Origin: an uncultured Bacteroidia bacterium
Lineage (GTDB): Bacteria > Bacteroidota > Bacteroidia > JANWVE01
Assembly: GCA_938028625.1 (NCBI GenBank)
Contig: CALIZB010000007.1
Location: 433-64,432 of the forward strand
Length of the DNA stretch: 64,000 bases
Reading direction: 5' to 3'
Both the position numbers and the translations under genes were made by a program. Of this stretch, positions 17,904 to 27,293 are shown one piece after another. Position 1 is the stretch's first letter, and every line of letters begins with the position of its first letter. The notes below the pieces were generated by a model that was given only the letters and a program-made list of their open reading frames with translations, made no database searches and was not told the origin of the DNA.

Positions 17904-20015
17904 TTACATCATTTTTGCTAATGCGGGAGCTATAATAAGCGATACAATAGACATCAGTTTAATGAGGATATTCATAGATGGTCCTGAGGTATCTTTGAAG
18001 GGGTCGCCTACGGTATCTCCGATGACGGTAGCTTTATGTGGGTCAGAACCTTTGAAGTATTTTTTACCGTTTATATCAACGCCTTTTTCAAAAGATTTTT
18101 TAGCATTATCCCAAGCGCCACCTGCATTAGATTGGAATATTGCCATCAATACACCTGATGTGGTTACGCCTGCTAATACACCACCCAGTACTTCTGCACC
18201 TGCTACAAAACCTACGATAACAGGTACAAGCAAAGCTAACAGTCCTGGAGCAATCATTTGAGTTAGTGCCGCTTTGGTAGCAATAGAAACACAAGTTTCA
18301 TAATCAGGTTCTACGCCTTCTTTACCTTCTAAAAGTCCTTTTATTTCTCTGAATTGTCTGCGTACTTCTTCTACCATTTTATTAGCGGCTTTACCTACGG
18401 CACTCATAGCCATAGAAGAGAACAGATACGGTACCATAGCACCAATAAACAATCCTGCTAATACTTTGGCATTAGAGATGTCAATTTTTTCTAATCCTGT
18501 GGTTTCCATGAATGCGGCAAAAAGTGCTAATGCAGTTAAAGCGGCTGATGCAATAGCAAACCCTTTTCCGATAGCGGCAGTAGTATTTCCTACAGCGTCA
18601 AGAACGTCTGTTTTTTCACGTACTTCTTTGGGCAGTCCGCTCATTTCTGCAATTCCTCCTGCATTATCGGCTATAGGTCCAAAAGCATCAATAGCTAACT
18701 GCATACCCGTTGTAGCCATCATACCTGATGCGGCCATAGCTACGCCATACAAACCTGCCATATAATACGAAGCTACAATACCCATACTTAACACAATAAC
18801 AGGTAAGAAAGTAGAAACCATACCTATACTTAATCCAGCAATGATATTGGTAGCAGGACCGGTAGAAGACTGACGTACAATAGTATTAACGGGTTTTTTA
18901 CCCATAGAACAATAATATTCTGTGATAATACTGATAAGTGCACCCACAACCAGACCAATAGCTACTGCACCAAATACATTCATAGGAGTATATTCTTTTG
19001 TACCGATAATAAATTTGGCAGGCAACATCCAGTTAATTACGAAATAAGAAGCAATAACTGTGAGAATAATAGCGCCCCAGTTTCCGAAGTTTAATGCCAT
19101 TTGTGGCTTGGGATTGCTGTCTGAGGTACGTACAAAGAATGTTCCTACAATAGAAAATACAACGCCAAGAACTGCAATAATCAGGGGAAGCAATGTAGTA
19201 GACAAACCGCCAAAACTGTCACCTACAACAAATACAGAAGCACCCAGTACCATGGTAGCTAAAACTGTACTTACATAAGAACCGAATAAATCTGCACCCA
19301 TACCTGCTACATCACCTACGTTATCCCCTACATTGTCTGCAATTACTGCGGGGTTACGGGGGTCATCTTCGGGGATACCTGCTTCTACTTTACCTACAAG
19401 GTCTGCTCCTACGTCTGCGGCTTTGGTATAAATACCTCCACCTACACGAGCAAACAAAGCAATACTTTCTGCGCCAAGAGAGAACCCTGTTAAAACATTT
19501 AACACTCTGTGTAATTGAGAACCATTGGCGCCGTTACTGTTAAACATATAATTGAACAGAATGAACAAAACTCCTAGACCGATAATCCCTAAAGCAACTA
19601 CACCGATACCCATTATCGCACCTCCGGTAAAAGAAATATTTAGAGCTTTTGAGATAGAACTTTTAGCCGCTTGTGCAGTTCTGAAATTGGCTTTGGTAGC
19701 GATACGCATGCCCAGAAAACCTGCTGTTGCAGAAAATGTAGCCCCCACAATAAAAGCCAATATAATAAAAGGAGAAGATTTAGGGTCATTCCAGGATAAA
19801 GCACCAAGTAGAAGAGCGGCAATTATTACAAAAACAGCTAATATTCTGTATTCTGCTTTTAAGAAAGACATGGCGCCACGGGCTATGTAAGAACCTATTT
19901 CCTGCATGCGCTTGTCGCCTGCATCTTGACCAGCAACCCACTTTGAACGTAAGAAAGTGTAACCTAATGCAAGCAATCCTATTACGGGAGCGAGATAAAT
20001 TATATTTTGATTCAT
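17904..20015 (-). CDS. hppA: Membrane-bound ion-translocating pyrophosphatase
   Basis: 703 aa and about 16 TM helices. Motifs GGGIYTKAADVGADLVGKVE, DNVGDNVGD and GDTVGDPFKDTSGPS. Confidence 0.95.
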   Translation of the reverse strand: MNQNIIYLAPVIGLLALGYTFLRSKWVAGQDAGDKRMQEIGSYIARGAMSFLKAEYRILAVFVIIAALLLGALSWNDPKSSPFIILAFIVGATFSATAGFLGMRIATKANFRTAQAAKSSISKALNISFTGGAIMGIGVVALGIIGLGVLFILFNYMFNSNGANGSQLHRVLNVLTGFSLGAESIALFARVGGGIYTKAADVGADLVGKVEAGIPEDDPRNPAVIADNVGDNVGDVAGMGADLFGSYVSTVLATMVLGASVFVVGDSFGGLSTTLLPLIIAVLGVVFSIVGTFFVRTSDSNPKPQMALNFGNWGAIILTVIASYFVINWMLPAKFIIGTKEYTPMNVFGAVAIGLVVGALISIITEYYCSMGKKPVNTIVRQSSTGPATNIIAGLSIGMVSTFLPVIVLSMGIVASYYMAGLYGVAMAASGMMATTGMQLAIDAFGPIADNAGGIAEMSGLPKEVREKTDVLDAVGNTTAAIGKGFAIASAALTALALFAAFMETTGLEKIDISNAKVLAGLFIGAMVPYLFSSMAMSAVGKAANKMVEEVRRQFREIKGLLEGKEGVEPDYETCVSIATKAALTQMIAPGLLALLVPVIVGFVAGAEVLGGVLAGVTTSGVLMAIFQSNAGGAWDNAKKSFEKGVDINGKKYFKGSDPHKATVIGDTVGDPFKDTSGPSMNILIKLMSIVSLIIAPALAKMM

Positions 20016-20172
20016 AACTGCTTATTATTTGATAATAGCTAAAACAGCCTGCAAAGTTATATGCAAACCTGATAAATCTCAAAATTTTTTTCTGTAAAGT
20101 TCTAAATCTGTAACAAAATCACAGCACAATGCCATTCATGTAAGTAAATGTTGATGGCATCTTGTTTTTTAC

Positions 20173-20180
20173 TAATTTTG
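20173..20180 (+). promoter_or_regulatory. -7 box TAATTTTG, 4 nt upstream of ATG 20185
   Basis: Exact TAnnTTTG match. Confidence 0.45.
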
Positions 20181-20184
20181 GCAC

Positions 20185-20613
20185 ATGTTGTTTCTAGCTA
20201 CTATTGTATTTGCTTTGTTTGTGGTTGGTTTACCCATATTGGTTACTTATCTTGCTAATCTTCGTTACAGTACAGACAAAGACTGGAAACTGCTCCGCGA
20301 AAAATTTGGCAGGACTAATCCTCCGAGAGAAAATGTGCATATTATTCCAAAAGCAAAAATTGGAAACAAAACGGTAAAGTATGCTCTTAAAATAGGTTTA
20401 GATACTGATGGAGTATATTTTCATGTCAGCAAACTGTTTACTTCTCTTACAATATGGTTTGTGCCTTGGTCTTATATCCATAATCTTTCTATAACTTCTG
20501 ACAAGAAAAGTATATCTTTTACTGTTGAAAATGTTGTTTTTGAACTACAACCGATTAGTCCTACTGATTTTTATGAAATGATGGAGCAAAATCGTCAAAA
20601 GTATGCTTTATGA
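20185..20613 (+). CDS. Hypothetical membrane-anchored protein
   Basis: N-terminal TM helix LFLATIVFALFVVGLPILVTYL and a promoter box directly upstream. No family recognised. Confidence 0.4.
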   Translation: MLFLATIVFALFVVGLPILVTYLANLRYSTDKDWKLLREKFGRTNPPRENVHIIPKAKIGNKTVKYALKIGLDTDGVYFHVSKLFTSLTIWFVPWSYIHNLSITSDKKSISFTVENVVFELQPISPTDFYEMMEQNRQKYAL

Positions 20614-20694
20614 CATGAAATACGATAAATGACAAAGTAAAGACCAAGAATGGCATATTTTTCGTAGTTTTGTAGTTGGTATTTTATTAAAACT

Positions 20695-21123
20695 ATGAAA
20701 ACCCTATTAAAAACAAGTATAGCAGTCATTCTGATTGTTTTGGCATCAGGCAATATGTATGCACAGGAAAACGGCATTAAATTTTTTACTGGTTCCTGGG
20801 CAGAATTACAAGAAAAAGCTAAAGCCGAGAAAAAACCCTTTTTTGTAGACATATACGCTGTATGGTGCGGACCTTGCAAGTGGATGTCTAAAAATACTTT
20901 TACCAATCCTCAGGTAGGTGAATATGCCAACCAGAACTATATAGCCTATAAATTAGATGGTGAGAAAGGAGAAGGTCCGAGAATTGCACAAGAATATAAA
21001 CTTGAAGCGTATCCTACTATCTTGTTCTTCAGTGCAGAAGGAAAATTAGTGGGCAAACAAGTGGGGGCGCAAGACCCCGAAGCCTTTATAAACACAATGA
21101 AAAAATACAAGGATAAGAAATAA
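20695..21123 (+). CDS. Secreted thioredoxin-family protein
   Basis: Signal peptide, then VDIYAVWCGPCKWM active site. Confidence 0.75.
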   Translation: MKTLLKTSIAVILIVLASGNMYAQENGIKFFTGSWAELQEKAKAEKKPFFVDIYAVWCGPCKWMSKNTFTNPQVGEYANQNYIAYKLDGEKGEGPRIAQEYKLEAYPTILFFSAEGKLVGKQVGAQDPEAFINTMKKYKDKK

Positions 21124-22266
21124 TTAAGGTATTTTTATTTTCTGACCAGTTTTGATACTTTCGGTCAGACCAGGATTATGCTTTTTTAACTCTGCTACAG
21201 GGACATGATACTTTTCTGCAATTTCAGAAAGCGTGTCCCCATTTTTTACAATGTGCCATGTGGGTTTTTCTGTTTTCGGTTTATTGACTAAAACTGTATC
21301 TCCTACACTGATGTATTGTTTGTTTTTTATTTTGCTTACCTTGTATACATGTTTTTGTTTACGAATTTCCTGAGCTGTTTTTTCATCTTTGATAACTACC
21401 AAATCAGGATTGTCCAAAATTGCAGGGTCATTATTTTTAGGCAGATGATTTGTGATAAGGTTTTCGTCTATTTTATTTGTTTGTGATTTTTGAGGGATAA
21501 GATATACATAGTTCTTTAAGAAATAACCTTCTTTGACAAAAGCATTATGTTTTTTGAGTTCTTCTACTTCTACTTTGTGCGTTTTAGAAAAATCCTGCCA
21601 ATTATTTTCTTTGGGTTTAGCTAAAAATATGGTCTTTTCAGCTACAGCATTCTTTATTCTTTCTCCAAAAGCCACCTTGTACGCAAGGGCATGTATAATG
21701 TATACAGGTGTATTGTCTTCTACAAGAAACTCATTTTTATTATAGAATTTTTGCGGGAATAACTTTTTCGCACCTCCTCCTCCCTGATTATAGGAAAGTA
21801 AGGCACCTATCCAGTTGTGAAAAATATCGTATCCCATTTTTATGTATCTACACGCTCCTTGTGTAGAAAGGATAAGATGTTTGCGTTCATCTACTTTCTC
21901 GTCAACCGTCAGCCCTACGGCTTTGGCAGTAGAAAGTTTCATCTGCCAGTACCCTACTGCCTGTGAAGGAGATACCGCATTAGGATTAAACTTGCTTTCT
22001 TGCAAACACACATATTTGAAATCATCAGGTACTTCTTCTTGTGCAAGTACTTTTTCAAGTACAGGAAAATATGTAAGACACAACTGAACCGTAAAATCCA
22101 CACTTTTTTTGTACTGGGTAAGAGTATTTACAAATTTTTGAACCTCAACCTTGCCATTAGGTGTAAAAGTAATTTTGGTATCCATAAACCGCATGGTATT
22201 AGGGACAGTCTGTGCAGATACAAAAATACAACATAAGTAAAAGCATAAAATTATCAATGTTTTCAT
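21124..22266 (-). CDS. Lytic transglycosylase (SLT domain) with C-terminal LysM domain
   Basis: LQESKFNPNAVSPSQAVGYWQM catalytic region. LysM segment HIVKNGDTLSEIAEKYHVPVAELKKHNPGL. Confidence 0.75.
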   Translation of the reverse strand: MKTLIILCFYLCCIFVSAQTVPNTMRFMDTKITFTPNGKVEVQKFVNTLTQYKKSVDFTVQLCLTYFPVLEKVLAQEEVPDDFKYVCLQESKFNPNAVSPSQAVGYWQMKLSTAKAVGLTVDEKVDERKHLILSTQGACRYIKMGYDIFHNWIGALLSYNQGGGGAKKLFPQKFYNKNEFLVEDNTPVYIIHALAYKVAFGERIKNAVAEKTIFLAKPKENNWQDFSKTHKVEVEELKKHNAFVKEGYFLKNYVYLIPQKSQTNKIDENLITNHLPKNNDPAILDNPDLVVIKDEKTAQEIRKQKHVYKVSKIKNKQYISVGDTVLVNKPKTEKPTWHIVKNGDTLSEIAEKYHVPVAELKKHNPGLTESIKTGQKIKIP

Positions 22267-22270
22267 TCCC

Positions 22271-22278
22271 CAAAAATA
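22271..22278 (-). promoter_or_regulatory. -7 box TATTTTTG, 4 nt upstream of lytic transglycosylase ATG
   Basis: Exact TAnnTTTG on the minus strand. Confidence 0.45.
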
Positions 22279-22349
22279 GCATTTTTCTCTATGCGTAGCA
22301 AACTGTGAGGTAAGGATAATTTTTTATTTGACTTATTCTTTTTTTTTCG

Positions 22350-22357
22350 TACTTTTG
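22350..22357 (+). promoter_or_regulatory. -7 box TACTTTTG upstream of rpsP (about 29-nt spacing)
   Basis: Exact TAnnTTTG match with TTG further upstream (TATTTGAC). Confidence 0.45.
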
Positions 22358-22386
22358 CAGTCCCTTTATTTTAGAGTAATAGAAAC

Positions 22387-22899
22387 ATGGCTGTTAAAAT
22401 TAGATTAAGAAGACAAGGTAGAAAGAAAAAGGCTTATTATCACATTGTTGTAGCGGATTCCCGTTCTCCGAGAGATGGTAAGTTTATTGAGCAGATTGGT
22501 TCTTACAACCCCACTACCGTACCCGCATCTATCATTTTAGATGATGCCCGCGCTTTGTATTGGCTTAAACAAGGCGCTATTCCTACGGATACTGTCCGCA
22601 GAATATTATCGTACAAAGGGGTGATGCTCAGAATGCACTTGCACCGCTGGGGCAAGAGCGAAGCCGAAATAGAAGTTGAATATCAAAAATGGATTTCAGC
22701 AAAAGAAGCGAAGGTTCAGGCACAGATTAACGCTGTAAAAGCTAAAAAAGAAGAAATAAAATCTGTACGCCTGACACAGGAAAAAGCACAGCGCACTGAA
22801 AAAGATGCCAAAGTGCAGGCAAAATATCAAGTAAACGAAACTCCTGTGGAAAATACCGAAGCTACCGAAGACACTGACAACAACACTACTGCTGAATAA
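22387..22899 (+). CDS. rpsP: 30S ribosomal protein S16 with Lys/Glu-rich C-terminal extension
   Basis: [42 protein letters not shown]. Confidence 0.95.
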   Translation: MAVKIRLRRQGRKKKAYYHIVVADSRSPRDGKFIEQIGSYNPTTVPASIILDDARALYWLKQGAIPTDTVRRILSYKGVMLRMHLHRWGKSEAEIEVEYQKWISAKEAKVQAQINAVKAKKEEIKSVRLTQEKAQRTEKDAKVQAKYQVNETPVENTEATEDTDNNTTAE

Positions 22900-23420
22900 T
22901 GGAAAACCATTATCTGCTCGGATACGTTGTACGACCACATGGTATAAAAGGTGCTTTGAAACTTAAAGTAGACACAGATTTTCCTGAAAAATATACAAAG
23001 CTCAAACACATTACTCTTAACACAAACACAAAAACAGAAACATTTGATGTACAAAAACTCTCTTACTCTCCTCCCGATGAAATGATTGTTATTGTGAAAC
23101 AGATTACAGACAGAAACACAGCAGAGCTATGGAAAGGTGCAGAAGTATGGATTAGTATGGATTTTCTACCTAAATTATCAGGTAAAAAATTCTATTTTCA
23201 CGAAGTAATTGGTTTTCAAGTAAAAGATGTTCAGTTGGGGATTATAGGAGAAATTGTACAGTTCTATGAAACCGCCGCACACCCTATTATCGCTGTTAAT
23301 CATAATGGTACCGAGGTTCTCATACCTGCCGTTGATGAGTTTATTACAGAAATTAACCGCGATGAACACTATATGATAGTATCTCTGCCTGAAAATTGGT
23401 TAGAGATTTACAAGGATTAA
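22899..23420 (+). CDS. rimM: 16S rRNA processing protein RimM
   Basis: LGYVVRPHGIKGALKLK... with a PRC-barrel C-terminus. Its ATG overlaps the rpsP stop (TAATG). Confidence 0.9.
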   Translation: MENHYLLGYVVRPHGIKGALKLKVDTDFPEKYTKLKHITLNTNTKTETFDVQKLSYSPPDEMIVIVKQITDRNTAELWKGAEVWISMDFLPKLSGKKFYFHEVIGFQVKDVQLGIIGEIVQFYETAAHPIIAVNHNGTEVLIPAVDEFITEINRDEHYMIVSLPENWLEIYKD

Positions 23421-23432
23421 ATAAGGATTTTG

Positions 23433-23470
23433 GGTTAATATACACATATTAACCTAATTTTTTTATTTTT
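23433..23470 (+). terminator. Rho-independent terminator of rpsP-rimM
   Basis: Perfect 9-bp stem GGTTAATAT/ATATTAACC, loop ACAC, then TAATTTTTTTATTTTT. Confidence 0.6.
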
Positions 23471-23471
23471 G
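23464..23471 (+). promoter_or_regulatory. -7 box TATTTTTG, 5 nt upstream of ATG 23477
   Basis: Exact TAnnTTTG match. Same box-spacer layout as valS (TATTTTTG + 5 nt + ATG). Confidence 0.45.
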
Positions 23472-23476
23472 CCCTC

Positions 23477-23647
23477 ATGATACAGGTTATTGGCAAAGTT
23501 ATCATGGCAATTGGTTTTGCTATATGCGGTATAGGGCTAGCAGACAGTCTTTTTTTCTATAATGACAAAAATCTGCTTCCTTATCTCGGAATTGGCTTTT
23601 TGGTATTTATGCTCGGTAATTTTATAGCTAAAAAAGGTAGTAAATAA
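23477..23647 (+). CDS. Small two-TM membrane protein (56 aa), not in ORF track
   Basis: Own translation: MIQVIGKVIMAIGFAICGIGLADSLFFYNDKNLLPYLGIGFLVFMLGNFIAKKGSK. Two clear hydrophobic helices and its own promoter box. Confidence 0.5.
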   Translation: MIQVIGKVIMAIGFAICGIGLADSLFFYNDKNLLPYLGIGFLVFMLGNFIAKKGSK

Positions 23648-23768
23648 CCGACTGTCCTTACCTGAAAAATATTCTGATAAGTCTTGTGGCTTTGTTTGCG
23701 TCTGTTCTTGCATACATTCAGCAAGTATGCTGAGTACATATAGTTGTCTTAAATTTTGACTGTCAAAT

Positions 23769-24974
23769 TTATTCATTCAAAGACTGCACGGCTAAATATG
23801 CCATCAGCCCAACCCCAATAATGAGTGCGTTTTCATCTATATCAAAAGTGGGAGTGTGTAAACCTGAGGTTATTCCTTTACTTTCATTTCTTGTACCCAG
23901 ACGGTAGAAACAGCCTGCAATTTCATGCGTGTAGTATGCAAAATCTTCTGCTGCCATCCATAAATCCAAGTCTAATACGTTTTCTTTGCCTAAATACTCT
24001 ATCGCATGCTGTTTTGCTGTATGAGTAAGTGCTTCGTTATTGTACAGAACAGGATAGCCTTTGACAATATCAAACTCGCAGCTTCCGCCCATAGACTGTG
24101 CTATGCTTTCTGCCATAAACTTCATTTTTTGGTGTGCTTCGGAACGCCATTTTTCGTCCATAGTTCTGAAAGTGCCTTCTAAATACACTTCGTTAGGAAT
24201 AATATTAGTAGCACCGTTAGCGATTACTTTACCAAAAGTAAGTACAGATGGAATAATAGGAGGCGCGTTTCTACTAACAATCTGCTGTAAGGACACAATA
24301 ATATGCGAAGCTATCAGTACAGGGTCAATACATTGGTGGGGTTGTGCGCCATGTCCACCTCTACCTTTTACGGTTACATAAATTTCATCGGCTGATGCCA
24401 TATATTTGCCTGCCCTGAACCCTACTTTTCCTGTTTCAATAAGTGGCATTACGTGCTGACCTATAATAGCCTGTGGCACAGGATTTTGTAAAACTCCTTC
24501 TTTTATCATCAAAGATGCACCACCAGGAATTTTTTCTTCCGCAGGCTGAAAAATGAGTTTTACCGTACCTTCAAATTCATTCGTTAGCTGTGATAAAATT
24601 TTGGCAACTCCAAGCAGATTTGCAGTATGAGCGTCATGTCCGCAGGCGTGCATAACTCCACTGTTTTTGGATACATATTCGGTCTGATTAGCTTCTGTAA
24701 TGGGTAAAGCGTCCATATCTGCCCGCAAGGCAATGGTTTTTTTGTCAGGATTTTTGCCCTTAATGTATCCTACTACTCCATATCCACCTATGTTTGCTTG
24801 ATAAGGAATATTAAGTTCTTGCAAAATTTTTTGCACAAACAGAGAAGTATTTTTTTCCTGAAAAGAAAGTTCAGGATTTTGGTGCAGATAACGCCGTGTC
24901 TGAATTGTCTGTGGAAGCAGGTCTGCGGAAAGTTGTTGAATTTTGTTTTTAATATCCATACGTGGAGAGACCAT
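23769..24974 (-). CDS. M20D-family amidohydrolase (N-acyl-amino-acid amidohydrolase type)
   Basis: LHQNPELSFQE, ALRADMDALPI, MHACGHDAH. Confidence 0.85.
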   Translation of the reverse strand: MVSPRMDIKNKIQQLSADLLPQTIQTRRYLHQNPELSFQEKNTSLFVQKILQELNIPYQANIGGYGVVGYIKGKNPDKKTIALRADMDALPITEANQTEYVSKNSGVMHACGHDAHTANLLGVAKILSQLTNEFEGTVKLIFQPAEEKIPGGASLMIKEGVLQNPVPQAIIGQHVMPLIETGKVGFRAGKYMASADEIYVTVKGRGGHGAQPHQCIDPVLIASHIIVSLQQIVSRNAPPIIPSVLTFGKVIANGATNIIPNEVYLEGTFRTMDEKWRSEAHQKMKFMAESIAQSMGGSCEFDIVKGYPVLYNNEALTHTAKQHAIEYLGKENVLDLDLWMAAEDFAYYTHEIAGCFYRLGTRNESKGITSGLHTPTFDIDENALIIGVGLMAYLAVQSLNE

Positions 24975-24994
24975 GTAAATATACAGCGTATAAT

Positions 24995-25630
24995 CTATTC
25001 AGGCAAATCATAAGGTTGAGTAAAAGGTTTGGCATAACTTAAACGAGTAATTCGTTGTGTTGTATGATAACTATCTAAACCGCTTACCGTGAGCGTACCA
25101 GCTTTTTCTATGTCAATATATCCGTCTTTTTGAATCAGTTCTTTATTTAACATTACTTCAAGAATCTCACCAATGATAAAAACGGTTTGATTAAACTTAA
25201 TAATATGCTCTTCTGCCATCTTTAAACCAATTTTTATAGCGGCTTCTTTGACATAAGGAGCAGGTACAATATCTGTGAATTCAGGAGTAAAACCGCATTC
25301 GTCAAACTCTGAAATATCTTTTGGATAGCGTGCAGAGGTTTGGTGTGCCTTGCGAAAAAAATCTTTATGAATATGATTTATCGTAAAATACCCGTTTTCT
25401 TTGATATTGCTATACGTATTACGTTCTACGGTTGCAGTACGTACTAAAATAGCCATAGCAGGCGGATTTGCACCTACGTGAATTACCGAACTGAATATAG
25501 CTAAATTAGTTTTTTTCGCATTAGATGCTGTACCAATAAGATTGGCACTCTTAAAACCAGATAAAGAATTGACAAAATTTCTCCGAAAATTTTTTTCTAA
25601 TGCTTTAATGTCTGTATTTGAAAAACGCAT
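24995..25630 (-). CDS. Flavin reductase-like domain protein
   Basis: FRRNFVNSLSGFKSANLIGT...AIFSSVIHVGANPP pattern, as in flavin reductase family proteins. Confidence 0.6.
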   Translation of the reverse strand: MRFSNTDIKALEKNFRRNFVNSLSGFKSANLIGTASNAKKTNLAIFSSVIHVGANPPAMAILVRTATVERNTYSNIKENGYFTINHIHKDFFRKAHQTSARYPKDISEFDECGFTPEFTDIVPAPYVKEAAIKIGLKMAEEHIIKFNQTVFIIGEILEVMLNKELIQKDGYIDIEKAGTLTVSGLDSYHTTQRITRLSYAKPFTQPYDLPE

Positions 25631-25645
25631 ATAATAGTTGAAAGT

Positions 25646-26338
25646 TTATAGGATTTTAAGCGAGGAAAGCCCTCCGTCTGTTCTGACAATTTGAGCTGTC
25701 ATAAAAGCAGAAGCCTCAGAAAGCAGAAAAGCTACTAATTTCGCGGTTTCTTTGGCATTTCCGATACGTTTTAAGGGGTGGCGTTCTGTGGCGGCTTTAA
25801 GTTTGGCTTCACTGTTTAAGAGTTTTTCTGCCAAAGGAGTATCCGTAACGGAAGGTGCTATACAGTTAACACGAATATGTGGTGCAAATTCTGCGGCTAA
25901 CGAACGAGTTAAACCTTCTACTGCACCTTTTGCCGTAGATACAGACGCATGAAAAGGCATACCTATATGCACGGCTACAGTGCTGAACAACACCACAGAG
26001 GCACTGCCTGAATCTTTGAGATTGGGGTAGTATTTCTGTATTACTTTTACTGCACCTGCTACGTTTATAGCAAAATCCTGCATAAAATCGTGTTCAGTAA
26101 GGTTTTTGAAAGGTTTTAAATTAATAGAACCTGGGCAATATGCTAATCCGTGTATAGGTTCTGTTATTTCAGGTAGTGGGTCATTAAGAACATCTGCATG
26201 ATAGAACTGTATATTTTTCAGTCCTTCCATATTTTTATTGGTGCGGCTGATGATAATAACTTTGTTTTCAGGTTCAAGTGTTTTTACGGTTTCAAGTCCG
26301 ATTCCTGAACTTCCGCCGACAATGAGATAGGTTTTCAT
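25646..26338 (-). CDS. Short-chain dehydrogenase/reductase
   Basis: MKTYLIVGGSSGIG cofactor motif, and a catalytic-region SxnAxxxA instead of the classic YxxxK (STAKGAVEGL). Confidence 0.85.
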   Translation of the reverse strand: MKTYLIVGGSSGIGLETVKTLEPENKVIIISRTNKNMEGLKNIQFYHADVLNDPLPEITEPIHGLAYCPGSINLKPFKNLTEHDFMQDFAINVAGAVKVIQKYYPNLKDSGSASVVLFSTVAVHIGMPFHASVSTAKGAVEGLTRSLAAEFAPHIRVNCIAPSVTDTPLAEKLLNSEAKLKAATERHPLKRIGNAKETAKLVAFLLSEASAFMTAQIVRTDGGLSSLKIL

Positions 26339-26411
26339 AATCAAAATGTAAAGAATATCCAAAAAATAAACGCTATATCAGAGTACAAATACTGCATAAA
26401 CAAAGTTCCTG

Positions 26412-26452
26412 ACAAAAAATAAACCCATCAGATTTTTTTGATACTGACGGGT
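26412..26452 (-). terminator. Rho-independent terminator
   Basis: Minus-strand stem ACCCGTCAG/CTGATGGGT followed by TTATTTTTT. Confidence 0.55.
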
Positions 26453-26491
26453 CTGTTAATAACTTATTGATTATAGGTAACTGTTTTCTTT

Positions 26492-27205
26492 TTAGTGTGC
26501 AGTATATTCTTCTTTCATTTTGTTTTCAAGATAATTCCATGAATAGAGTTCCATACGTTCTACATCACTCATTTTCTCAATATAGCGTACCATATCAGAA
26601 TTGCTGAATACAGCTCGTACTCTGCCATCCTCTCCGATAAGATATACCACAGGTACAGGAATAATATAATGGTCAGAATTGATGTTTGAGTGAAGTTCTA
26701 TTCCTGCGGTTTTAAGGTTTTCTAATTCAGGATTATTTTTTGGTATTTTATAGGCACTTTTGTACATGTTTACAATACAGTTGTTTTTGTCATGACAGAA
26801 AGTAATTTTTGCACCCGTTTCTTCTACCATAGCTTGAATTTGTTCTCTGCTGTCAGGGGTAACTACAATAACTTCTACATTTTTGTTGTCTAATACCCAT
26901 GCTCTTTGCACAAGTCCCAGAATTCTGTTTATAGACTCTGAACGGACAGGACTTTCAGGAGTGCTGTATATGGAATGGCTATAAAACATTAAAAGAACGT
27001 TTTTTTTGCCCTTATAATTGCGGAGAGAGATGCTGTTACCTTCTTGGCTTATAGTAACAAAGTCTGGCGCTCTGTCCCCAATCTGCATGAATTCTACTTC
27101 TTTAGCAGCTTTTACAAAAATGCTCTCTTCGCCTTTTATTAACTGTCCAAAAGATAGACTTACCAATACAACAGTATTTAAAAGTGTCAATAAAATACGC
27201 TTCAT
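26492..27205 (-). CDS. Secreted AhpC/TSA (redoxin)-fold protein lacking the active-site cysteines
   Basis: GDRAPDFVTISQEGNSISLRNYKGKKNVLLMFY is the canonical lead-in. The following CxxC/Cp position reads SHSIYSTPES. Confidence 0.5.
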   Translation of the reverse strand: MKRILLTLLNTVVLVSLSFGQLIKGEESIFVKAAKEVEFMQIGDRAPDFVTISQEGNSISLRNYKGKKNVLLMFYSHSIYSTPESPVRSESINRILGLVQRAWVLDNKNVEVIVVTPDSREQIQAMVEETGAKITFCHDKNNCIVNMYKSAYKIPKNNPELENLKTAGIELHSNINSDHYIIPVPVVYLIGEDGRVRAVFSNSDMVRYIEKMSDVERMELYSWNYLENKMKEEYTAH

Positions 27206-27293
27206 GTATAATTGATTTTTCTATTTACAAAGTTAGATAACAAGTTTAAATGGTGCAAATTTATTCTGATATTTTTCTAAATATTCAGTGGAA

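Noticed and set aside
17881-19890. Several 70-126-aa plus-strand ORFs inside hppA (17881..18261, 18466..18765, 19060..19278, 19552..19890)
   Set aside because: These are antisense frames kept open by the Gly/Ala/Val-rich codon usage of the pyrophosphatase gene. The Ala/Pro/Ser-rich translations have no signals.
23537-23776. 79-aa minus-strand ORF downstream of the M20 amidohydrolase
   Set aside because: There is no promoter or coupling logic beyond an 8-nt overlap, and the sequence is unconvincing. It conflicts with the better-supported small membrane-protein gene on the plus strand. Not fully excluded.
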